Of a stretch of 64,000 nucleotides of DNA, positions 55,901-64,000 are shown in pieces; within the stretch, counting starts at the first letter, position 1, and every line of letters starts with the position of its first letter. The stretch comes from an uncultured Methanosarcinales archaeon. Its GTDB lineage: Archaea; Nanobdellota; Nanobdellia; Woesearchaeales; ARS49. The position numbers were made by a program, and so were the translations under genes. The notes beneath the pieces were generated by a model. That model was not told where the DNA came from, searched no databases, and was given only the letters and a program-made list of their open reading frames with translations. Where the stretch lies: assembly GCA_964637115.1 (NCBI GenBank), contig CAZWVL010000001.1, positions 96,001 to 160,000 of the forward strand, read 5' to 3'.

Positions 55901-56494
55901 TCACCACCTCAACTCATGATATAGTTCGCCGTAAATGGAAAAGCTGAAAACTGTGAGCCAGAAGGCCATAAATCCCATGATTAGGAAAGGTCCTACGAAC
56001 GTGAATGAAAGAAGAATGGTTGCAAAGTTCAACAGGATAGCTATAATAGTGCCAATTATGAAGACCAATAACCACGTGGCCAGATATTTCCCAGAAAAAC
56101 ACTTTGCAAATACACTTCTGTCAAACGCGTCCTTAAAACGCCCGTTTGCATATGAAACCCAGGCCATAGGCAAGAAATAATACGCCAAAATTGCAAGAAT
56201 AATGGATGCGACTAAAACTGGAATGTCAAATTCTTCAGTAAAAAAGCCAACTGAAAAAACGATAAGTGCAGGCAGAGCGTAGATAATCATTATTACGGAA
56301 GCAAGAAGGCCTTGAATCCACATAGCTCCAAATTGCCACATTGGCAGTTTTTTTCCATATATTCTTCGAGCGCACTCAAGACCATAGCCGTATGTCATAA
56401 AGTTGACAATTGGAATAAATGACAGGATAATTCCTATAGCGAGCCTGCGCCAGTCAGAAAATGTCAGCCAGAGAGATTGTTTGAATTCAACCAT
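55901..56494 (-). CDS. DUF4013-like membrane protein
   Basis: LAIGIILSFIPIVNFMTYGY...LPMW...G. Confidence 0.8.
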   Translation of the reverse strand: MVEFKQSLWLTFSDWRRLAIGIILSFIPIVNFMTYGYGLECARRIYGKKLPMWQFGAMWIQGLLASVIMIIYALPALIVFSVGFFTEEFDIPVLVASIILAILAYYFLPMAWVSYANGRFKDAFDRSVFAKCFSGKYLATWLLVFIIGTIIAILLNFATILLSFTFVGPFLIMGFMAFWLTVFSFSIYGELYHELRW

Positions 56495-56598
56495 AATAAC
56501 CCCATATAGTACCGCTCTGCCCTGCTTATAAGCTTTTATAGGCACTGAATAGTGAATACTTTATATACTAGATTTGCTCATTTCTTAGTCACTTTATA

Positions 56599-57465
56599 GT
56601 GATTAAAATGGGAAGGTTTATAAATGAAAAGCGCTTCCTCAAAGGCATGTACAGCCTGAAAGAGCTAGAAAGCAAAATGCCAGTTTATCTTGATCAGCGC
56701 GTCAAGATTGATCCGGCAATACTTGCAGAGCAGCTGAACTTAAACGGCTGGCTGGACGAACAACTCGTAGAACAACTTCTTGGAAAGTCCAAAAAATGCG
56801 TTATAACAGTATTTGCCACTGATTACGGTGTTGAAGCGGTTGTGAAAGGCGAGTCTGCCAAAGACAAAGATGAACAATCAACATTTCCAGGATTTTATGT
56901 TGCGGCCAAGGCCAGCGATCTGACGATTCCAAAAGAGCTCGAACGTGCAACAGCTTACATAAGCAGAAAATACACGCCAAAACTCGGACGCTTCAAGATT
57001 GCCCCTGAATCTTTCCGCATTGCACGAGTTGAGCCAGACGTCAAAAACAAACAAGCGCTCGTAGACATAATCTCGGAAAAACTTCCATTTTCAACCGAAC
57101 AGGAATATTGGGATAATTACGTAACCCCAGAACTCACGATAAGATACGATTGCGGCAGGGCAATGCGCGTGCTTGACGAGGCATTTGAACACCACTATGC
57201 CAGTGCAAGAATTCCGCACGACAAAACTGAAAAATGGGCCCGCGGAATGATGCATTCAAGTCTATACAGTTTTGTTGAAATGATGAAACAACACGGCAGA
57301 CAAAATAACAAAGTGATGCAATATAAAACAAGTCAAGGCTTTTTTAACATAAGCAATCTTGACTTCTGCGTCTTTTACAATCCAGAGGTTGAAAAACAGG
57401 TCATTGCAGGCAAACGACAAGTGAAAGTTCCAGTATCATTTATTGTAAAAGCGGAGGAACAATGA
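56599..57465 (+). CDS. Hypothetical protein coupled to the ADP-ribosylglycohydrolase
   Basis: 288-aa ORF; ATGA overlap with the next gene. Confidence 0.7.
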   Translation: MIKMGRFINEKRFLKGMYSLKELESKMPVYLDQRVKIDPAILAEQLNLNGWLDEQLVEQLLGKSKKCVITVFATDYGVEAVVKGESAKDKDEQSTFPGFYVAAKASDLTIPKELERATAYISRKYTPKLGRFKIAPESFRIARVEPDVKNKQALVDIISEKLPFSTEQEYWDNYVTPELTIRYDCGRAMRVLDEAFEHHYASARIPHDKTEKWARGMMHSSLYSFVEMMKQHGRQNNKVMQYKTSQGFFNISNLDFCVFYNPEVEKQVIAGKRQVKVPVSFIVKAEEQ

Positions 57466-58415
57466 AACTTGAAGACCGTTCTATAGGAAGTTTTGTCGGA
57501 GGCGTAATAGGCGATGCATTCGGCATGCCAACCGAAGGAATTGGTCCGGCAGGATTGCTGGAAAACTATGGCGGCTGCGTGTGCGATTTCGTTGACCCTG
57601 TAGCTCCACATCCAAATGGACATCTTAAAGCGGGTCAGTACACTGACGATGGACAGCAAATGATAGCACTTGCTGAGACATTAGTAAATTGCAAGCGCTT
57701 CGACATCCACGATTTTGGCAAGCGCATCGCTGTGTGGGGAAAAAGAAACCTCACAGAGCCTGGTTACGAGCGCTTTCCAGGAGCAACCAGCATGTCTGCA
57801 GCTTATTCCTTGGAACAGGGTATAAGCCCATTTAAATCAGGAAGCACAAGCACGACAAGCTGCGGATCTGCAATGCGCGCAGGACCAATCGGCATTTATT
57901 TCCACAAAAACATCGATGACGTCACAAAATACGCACATCTATCAAGCGTTCCCACACATAATACTCAAGCGTGCAAAGAAGGCGCGGCAGTTGTCGCACT
58001 AACAGTTGCACATTTATTGCGCGATGAAAATCCTTTGGCTGCAGTACGCAAAGTAATTGAAACCGTTAATCATCCGGAATTGCGGAAGCAATGCGAAATG
58101 GCTTACGAACTCAGAGAAGCACAGCCAAAGTTAGTTGCTGACAAAATAGGCACGTCTGCAAGTGTGCTCGATACAGTGCCATTCGCACTTTACAGCTTCC
58201 TTCATTCTCCAAACGATTTTCTACAAGTAATGATAACTGCTGCAAACGCAGTTCCTGGCGACACAGACAGCTTTGGATGCATAGCGGGCAAGTTTGCAGG
58301 AGCGCATCTTGGTCTTAGCGCAATTCCAGAGCGTTTGCAAACAAGGCTTGAAGACGGGCTGAAAATAAGGGAACTTGCACTGCAACTCTACAAGTCTGCA
58401 GAAAGATTTGGATGA
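57462..58415 (+). CDS. ADP-ribosylglycohydrolase (DraG/ARH family)
   Basis: GDAFGMPTE, YTDD, GSAMR, GDTDS. Confidence 0.93.
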   Translation: MKLEDRSIGSFVGGVIGDAFGMPTEGIGPAGLLENYGGCVCDFVDPVAPHPNGHLKAGQYTDDGQQMIALAETLVNCKRFDIHDFGKRIAVWGKRNLTEPGYERFPGATSMSAAYSLEQGISPFKSGSTSTTSCGSAMRAGPIGIYFHKNIDDVTKYAHLSSVPTHNTQACKEGAAVVALTVAHLLRDENPLAAVRKVIETVNHPELRKQCEMAYELREAQPKLVADKIGTSASVLDTVPFALYSFLHSPNDFLQVMITAANAVPGDTDSFGCIAGKFAGAHLGLSAIPERLQTRLEDGLKIRELALQLYKSAERFG

Positions 58416-58420
58416 TTTTT

Positions 58421-58840
58421 TTATTCTGGTGATACCATAATAATGTTTTTTTCCTTAAGCAATCTGCGCAGATTGTCAATGTGCCCTTTGCATAAGTTGA
58501 ATTCATTGATTGCTTCGCTTAGTTTGCCGGCTCTTGCGTGTTCAAGACCTTTGTGTATTCGCTGAACAGAAATGCTAAGCAGATAACGCGCAGCAGCAAA
58601 ATAATCCTGCGGAAGACTTGGAGAAAAATGTTTATTTATCTGCTCGGTTAATTCCCTTGTTGGACTTCTTTCGCATGCATGCATTTGAGCAGCCAGCTGG
58701 TTAGACCGGTTATAGAAGGGTACTACCTTTTCGTTGACAAGCTGAGCTGCAGCATCGTTAGACCTCAGTTTACTAACCAATGCGTCCAGGATGCTGGAAA
58801 AATCTTCCAATGCGTCTGTCATAATAGAATAAAAATTCAT
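58421..58840 (-). CDS. Hypothetical helical protein
   Basis: 139-aa ORF, 5 nt after the giant gene's stop. Confidence 0.6.
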   Translation of the reverse strand: MNFYSIMTDALEDFSSILDALVSKLRSNDAAAQLVNEKVVPFYNRSNQLAAQMHACERSPTRELTEQINKHFSPSLPQDYFAAARYLLSISVQRIHKGLEHARAGKLSEAINEFNLCKGHIDNLRRLLKEKNIIMVSPE

Positions 58841-58845
58841 TTAAT

Positions 58846-61800
58846 TTATAATGATTGCGAAGCCGATTTAAGTTTCCTGAGATTTTCCTTCAAGCGCGCA
58901 AGACGCTTGCTAAAATCATCATCTTTTGCGGAAACTTTCGGTTTTGGCCTGCGAGGACGGAATGCGAATGCCAGGCCAATAAGTACAAGAGAGATGATTG
59001 CAAATCCGGCAATTGGCATTCGAAGATCCCTAATATCCTCTATGAAGCGGCCGGCAATTTCCGGCAGCTTTCCTGACTCCGGAGTGTAACTCCACGTCTT
59101 CAGATCAACAATAACCACTTCATCACCCTCAACAACATAAAAGTCAACGTTAAACATGTGCTGGCCGGGCTCAGAGACATCCGTGATAATATTATCTGGC
59201 ATGCGCTCATGCTTTGCAAACTCGATATCGGGCTCACTCGGCCCTGCTCCTTCTTTGAAACCACGCCATCTTCCCTTTTCGAAAATTTCCTTTTTGAAAT
59301 TATGTCCGTGCCAGGTGCCAATCGGCTTTTTTGCCGGAGAAATAGCACTCTTTCGCAATTCCGAGCTGTGATGATACGCACAATTATCACCCACACAATC
59401 AGGCTTTACGTCTATAAGTCCATCCTCGGTCCAAATGCCACCGCGCTCGGTCTCAAAGTCATTCAAATCATCCACAATTATTTTTCCAACACTATTTTTA
59501 AATTCAGGAGAAGATAACATAGTTAACTCGAGATAAATACGGTATAGATTGACCACAGAAAGCTTGGATTTGGCATCTTCCCACGACTGTGAAACTGGAG
59601 GCAAGTCATACAACGTACGATCTACCGAAGGTTTATTTTTGAGGATATCGTCAATTTTTTCTGTCAATGAAGTACGGTCCAGCTCCTTTGCGTCAACCCT
59701 GAAGAGCAATGGAAGGTCGCGTGTAAGATCCACCTGTTCTCCCAGGTCCTTTAGTTTTTTGATTGTTTCCAGAGCTCTGTTTACTTCTGTCATTGTAACA
59801 TCTTTGAAAGCTATAATAGAATACGCGGAAGGATAGAATCCTGCGTCAGCAAGTGCGGCGAAAACAGGTGAAATTTGTTTAATACTGGACACGAGAGCAG
59901 ATGCCATTAGCTCCTGTGCATCGGCATCAGTTTCTTTCAGGAAAGCATCGTGAAGAATCTTTACGGTTGGGTCATCCCGGAAATATTGAAGCAAAAGAGC
60001 AGCTCTGCCACGAACAGCAGAATCTGAATCTTCCAAAAGTTTCAAAAGAGTATCGACAGAACCCTTAACCTTCTCACCAGGAAGTGATGTGCTGTCCATT
60101 GCTTTAAGGGCGGCCTCACGTACCTTTGGATCTGCATCCTCAAACAGAGGAATGACATTATTTCCTAATTCATCAAGGACTTTCCCATTATCGGAGATAA
60201 CTCGTGCAGCCGCTGCACGAACTTCAGGAACAGAGTCTTTCAAGCCAGCAAGGATGATTTCTTTTGCCTGATCAGTCCATATCGGAAGTCCGGCTGCTTT
60301 ATACATTGACGCGCCCAGTGCCCGCAATACGCTATACCTGACTTGCTGATCAGAATCTTTTGACATCTCAACAATCCGGTTCATGTTAAATTCAATGTTG
60401 TTCAATGCTTCCAAGGCACCAGTCCTGATTGCCGGATCGCTATTCTGGAGCGCCTGTTTAAGCAGTTCAACATTTTGCTGGCCTCCAAGAGCTGCAATAA
60501 CATATCTATGAAGTTTAGGATCCTTCAACCATTCAAGCCAGGATGAATCTGCCTTTACATTGATCAGTACAAGTGCTGCGCGCACTTTTACAGATGAACT
60601 TGTATCTTGAAGAAGTGCTTTTATTGCAAGTTCACGTGCGGTTTTAACAATTGACGCATCCTGACTATTGATAAAGGCTCTAAGATTTAAAACTGCAGTT
60701 GCGCGGATTTTTTCATTTGAGTTCTGCATTGCTTGTACAAGCAAGTCCAGCGCTTCTTTGGAGTCTAAAAGACTCATAAGTGCAGAAAAGGCAGCGTTTC
60801 GTAAATCATTATCGGGACTTGTGGTTTTCTCCATCAGAATCTTGCGTGCTTCCTTGACCTTAAGTATGCCAAGTGCATCTGCGGCAGCAGCCTCTGCAGC
60901 AGAAACACCACTCTCGAGCAAACGCAGCAAGCCAGGCGCTGCCTGCTTCTTGACCTCGTCCAGTTCTGCAGGCTCAAGCGTATTTGCAGTTTCTCTAATA
61001 AAGTCTGCCGCCTTGTACCTGACATATTCATTTTCATCATCAACAAGCTTTGCAACAGTAAGCACAATTTTTTTTGTTGGCTCAACTATTGTGAGGCTTT
61101 TAACCGCTTCAACACGGACTGCACTATGGACGTCTTTCAAACGCTTAAGCATCTCAGGAACAACATTTTGAACATTGCGGGCTCTCAACAATTTCAATGC
61201 AGCCTTGCGAACACGGAAGTCCTTATCTTCAAGTTGTTCAACAAGCTCGTCGTCATCCGGCAAAATGCTTCCTAAATTAACACCCTTTACATCACGCTCG
61301 CTTCCGTCTTTATTGAATATGATCAATTTCAACTGCTGGCCTGTGTCAGCACTAAAGAATTGGTCAACTTCCTTCTGAGACATTGCTCCTCTGTCCAACA
61401 GAGCACTCATAGTTTCCCGCTGTTCAACAGGCCCGCGCCCAGGTTCACCTGGCCCTCTTGACATTAGCGAACAGCCGGCTATGGTGCAGAAGGTTACAAG
61501 CACCATTCCTGCCTTTGCAACCCGGCTTGCCTGCTCAGCAAACCAGTCCTTGAAACCCTGAGTTTCCGGAACTGTTTCCCTGACAATATCGCTTTCGAGT
61601 TTTACTGGAGCTTCTTCAGGCACTTCAGCGGGTGCAACTTCGGCTGGCAGTTCTTCCTTTACAGGCTCTTCAATTTTCGCAGGCATTTCAACCGGCATTG
61701 CAGGCGCTTCTGCCGGCGGGGCAGCAGGAACTTCAACCTTTGGAGCAGGCCTTAATTTGCTTACAATTTTACTACCAACCGGCTTAATCAACATTTCCCA

Positions 61801-63984
61801 CCAGAAGAATGGATTCAGAACCGAGGTAACGTCAAACAGTTTGACTCCTGGTTTGACGGCGACGGGCTTTTCTGGCATTGGTGGTTCAGATTCAGTTTCC
61901 TCTGCCGGCATTGCGGATGGAAGGACTAAGTCGTTCAATAGCTCCATCGCCCTTCTGTATTCCCCGTGCTTCTGGGGAATCACCTTGTTCAGGATAATCT
62001 GTAAGTCACCTTCTGTAATTCCTCCGGGATACTTATTGATGAATTGTTGTACAATCGCAGGAGAAATCTGATGCGATTCATCATATTTCGATGTCATGAA
62101 ACCAAGATTTCCAAACAACAGCGAGAGCAATATCTTTTTCGCTTGATAATAGCGAGGCGCTGACTGGCCGACTTTCAGCAGCGCTTCTGTTCGTGCGCGC
62201 GGAGTGTTCAATTTAATTGCCACTGATATAGTATCAATCTCTCCAGTGGTAAGAGGAGTTTTCTCTCCAAAGATGAAACTGGTTTTTATCTTACCAGCTT
62301 CCTCAAACACGTTGATAGAAACTTGCGTTTCACGCATCGTGCCATCCGGCAGTTTTACGGTTATCGTAGACATAGTTTCAACATCCGAAGGATCAAGAAC
62401 TGGAGCCTGGCTAAGATGAACCTCGACCGGCTGCAAGACAGGAACGTCATCAATGGCTTTTGTAACTGCCGCTAACTTTTCTGCTTCGCTCATCTTGCCC
62501 TCTGCTACTTTGGCTGATGATTCATCATACGCTTTGGTCACCGCGAGGCTTCTGAGCCGCGACTGCATGGTTTCTATTTCATCTTTAACCCGCTCCCTGA
62601 ACACCGGCATGTCTTCTGCAGTAGAATGCGAAACAACTGCTTCAACAGTTTCAAGAATATCAAATTCGCTGCTTTCAAGTATGCCGCCGATGGCTAACGA
62701 TTGTGTCGTATCAAAGAGAACCAGGGCGTCAGGGTTGACGCGCAAAATCGCCTCAAATGCCGCACGCAACGCTTTCTTTGTTTCCTCAACGCCAACCTTC
62801 GCTTGCACTGCATTTTGGTATGCAATAAGCGAATTAATGAATGCACGGGCTTCTGAAATCCAGATGGTAACACCCGGGTTGTGAACAACAAGTTCAGGGT
62901 CAATGCGGATAACATATCGCGGCTTTACAGAACCTTGCACGGAAAGCTTGCCCGTATCCGGATCTGTTGATACAATATAAGCCTCGACGTTCTCAGCATT
63001 AATCTCTTTTGATAATTTCAACAGCCCTGCGCTTTCTTCCTGCACGTCCTTCGGAAGCTCGATATCAACCTCTGGAGTTTCAATAACGTCATAATGGCGG
63101 CCATCAGCTCCAACTACTGACTTGTGGTTTAGAGTTTCAAGCTGTCCAGAATAAACATAGTACATTCTATCTTTTGCACGGTGTTTTAACTCCTTCTCGA
63201 CAGCAGAGTTGAGCAGAACTAGTTCGATCATATATTCTCTCAGCATACTTTCCACATCAGTCAACTTATATTCACGAGGCGACGCGTGCACAACAGGGAA
63301 AAATTCATCAGCTTCAAGCTCTCCAAGACTTACTGGAAGAGTAATCTGTGTGTAATCTGCAACGCCCAACAGTGAAGAAGTTTCAATGCTCGTTTTCTTG
63401 TATGCGAGCAACGCCTCCAGATACAATGGAATTGTTCCAGCGCAGCACGTGTCCAAAAAGCGCAGTTTTTTCTGCTGAAGAAGACCTGACTGCTCAATAA
63501 CACCCCAAGTCACTTCTGCTGACTTCCTGAATTCCGGATTTTTTCCAATTTCTTCCGCGACCAGTCTGAAAAACTCCTTTTTGAAGCGGGCAAAGCCTTC
63601 AGGCGTATCAATATTCTCGCCCTTCATTGTTTTTTCTGTCTTTTTCAGCAATTCTTTTGTTCGTTCATAATTATCATCGCCCATTGATTTGCGACTTACA
63701 TAAAGCGTGCCGAACTTGCGTTTCTGGCCCGTGAGGAACTCGCGAGCCCGTTCGTATTTGTAACCAAGAATCATATCTCTCTCCAGATGAACATTAAATG
63801 GAGGCTCGATGCCTTGTGCAGAAAGCCCGGAATCCACTCCTTCAAGTTTTTCCATGAACTCAGTGATAAGCTCTGCCTGCCTTTGTGCACGCTCATGAAC
63901 GTCTCCAGAGGATTCCAAGATTCTGGTCAAATCCTTTTCATACGCCCTTTCAAGCTCAGCACCCCTGATGTCGAACAAATCCAT
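58846..63984 (-). CDS. Giant membrane protein with HEAT repeats and a JAB/MPN+ (JAMM) domain; possibly 5'-truncated
   Basis: HEAT units (VRKAALKLL, VREAALKAM, VRGRAALLL); E..HGH..SEPD; two hydrophobic segments; reading frame stays open to the window end. Confidence 0.85.
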   Translation of the reverse strand: MDLFDIRGAELERAYEKDLTRILESSGDVHERAQRQAELITEFMEKLEGVDSGLSAQGIEPPFNVHLERDMILGYKYERAREFLTGQKRKFGTLYVSRKSMGDDNYERTKELLKKTEKTMKGENIDTPEGFARFKKEFFRLVAEEIGKNPEFRKSAEVTWGVIEQSGLLQQKKLRFLDTCCAGTIPLYLEALLAYKKTSIETSSLLGVADYTQITLPVSLGELEADEFFPVVHASPREYKLTDVESMLREYMIELVLLNSAVEKELKHRAKDRMYYVYSGQLETLNHKSVVGADGRHYDVIETPEVDIELPKDVQEESAGLLKLSKEINAENVEAYIVSTDPDTGKLSVQGSVKPRYVIRIDPELVVHNPGVTIWISEARAFINSLIAYQNAVQAKVGVEETKKALRAAFEAILRVNPDALVLFDTTQSLAIGGILESSEFDILETVEAVVSHSTAEDMPVFRERVKDEIETMQSRLRSLAVTKAYDESSAKVAEGKMSEAEKLAAVTKAIDDVPVLQPVEVHLSQAPVLDPSDVETMSTITVKLPDGTMRETQVSINVFEEAGKIKTSFIFGEKTPLTTGEIDTISVAIKLNTPRARTEALLKVGQSAPRYYQAKKILLSLLFGNLGFMTSKYDESHQISPAIVQQFINKYPGGITEGDLQIILNKVIPQKHGEYRRAMELLNDLVLPSAMPAEETESEPPMPEKPVAVKPGVKLFDVTSVLNPFFWWEMLIKPVGSKIVSKLRPAPKVEVPAAPPAEAPAMPVEMPAKIEEPVKEELPAEVAPAEVPEEAPVKLESDIVRETVPETQGFKDWFAEQASRVAKAGMVLVTFCTIAGCSLMSRGPGEPGRGPVEQRETMSALLDRGAMSQKEVDQFFSADTGQQLKLIIFNKDGSERDVKGVNLGSILPDDDELVEQLEDKDFRVRKAALKLLRARNVQNVVPEMLKRLKDVHSAVRVEAVKSLTIVEPTKKIVLTVAKLVDDENEYVRYKAADFIRETANTLEPAELDEVKKQAAPGLLRLLESGVSAAEAAAADALGILKVKEARKILMEKTTSPDNDLRNAAFSALMSLLDSKEALDLLVQAMQNSNEKIRATAVLNLRAFINSQDASIVKTARELAIKALLQDTSSSVKVRAALVLINVKADSSWLEWLKDPKLHRYVIAALGGQQNVELLKQALQNSDPAIRTGALEALNNIEFNMNRIVEMSKDSDQQVRYSVLRALGASMYKAAGLPIWTDQAKEIILAGLKDSVPEVRAAAARVISDNGKVLDELGNNVIPLFEDADPKVREAALKAMDSTSLPGEKVKGSVDTLLKLLEDSDSAVRGRAALLLQYFRDDPTVKILHDAFLKETDADAQELMASALVSSIKQISPVFAALADAGFYPSAYSIIAFKDVTMTEVNRALETIKKLKDLGEQVDLTRDLPLLFRVDAKELDRTSLTEKIDDILKNKPSVDRTLYDLPPVSQSWEDAKSKLSVVNLYRIYLELTMLSSPEFKNSVGKIIVDDLNDFETERGGIWTEDGLIDVKPDCVGDNCAYHHSSELRKSAISPAKKPIGTWHGHNFKKEIFEKGRWRGFKEGAGPSEPDIEFAKHERMPDNIITDVSEPGQHMFNVDFYVVEGDEVVIVDLKTWSYTPESGKLPEIAGRFIEDIRDLRMPIAGFAIISLVLIGLAFAFRPRRPKPKVSAKDDDFSKRLARLKENLRKLKSASQSL

Positions 63985-64000
63985 AATTTGCTGCTTTTTG

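Noticed and set aside
1-64000. CRISPR array, rRNA, transposase/integrase, and the many short antisense ORFs in the track
   Set aside because: No spaced direct-repeat array, rRNA signature or DDE/tyrosine-recombinase motif was seen by eye. The short opposite-strand ORFs lie within well-supported genes and are treated as shadows.

Overview
Archaeal chromosomal segment, most consistent with a DPANN (Woesearchaeota/Nanoarchaeota-like) genome; this placement is inference. The archaeal evidence is an archaeal-type SRP54, diphthine-ammonia ligase, Lhr, AbrB-PhoU regulator, halophile-type PurC, a tRNA-Pro with a bulge-helix-bulge intron, TTTATAAA TATA boxes about 25-40 nt before many genes, and class III signal peptides. 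Many bacterial-type genes are mixed in: gpsA-fabH, aroB, lemA/TPM, a Hanks kinase, class II lysS and rimK. The top finding is a 777-aa full-length group-1 sigma-70 (RpoD-like) protein (15296-17629). It keeps regions 1.1, 1.2, NCR, 2, 3 and 4 and the -10 melting and -35 reading residues, but its bacterial-core-binding patch is altered. It carries extra N-terminal HTH-like modules, overlaps a triple-HTH gene, and sits in a 10-kb block of orphan proteins. Other notable items are: a >=1712-aa two-TM HEAT-solenoid protein with an intact JAMM isopeptidase motif; a late-steps-only purine cluster with a split PurH and a degenerate double-PurE; a five-gene microprotein array missed by the ORF track, containing a GNRA-capped RNA structure; a switch-like structured leader; a kinase/four-phosphatase/PhoU cluster; and disulfide-rich pilin-like surface proteins. 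No CRISPR array, rRNA or transposase was recognised. All family assignments come from manual motif recognition; no database searches were run.
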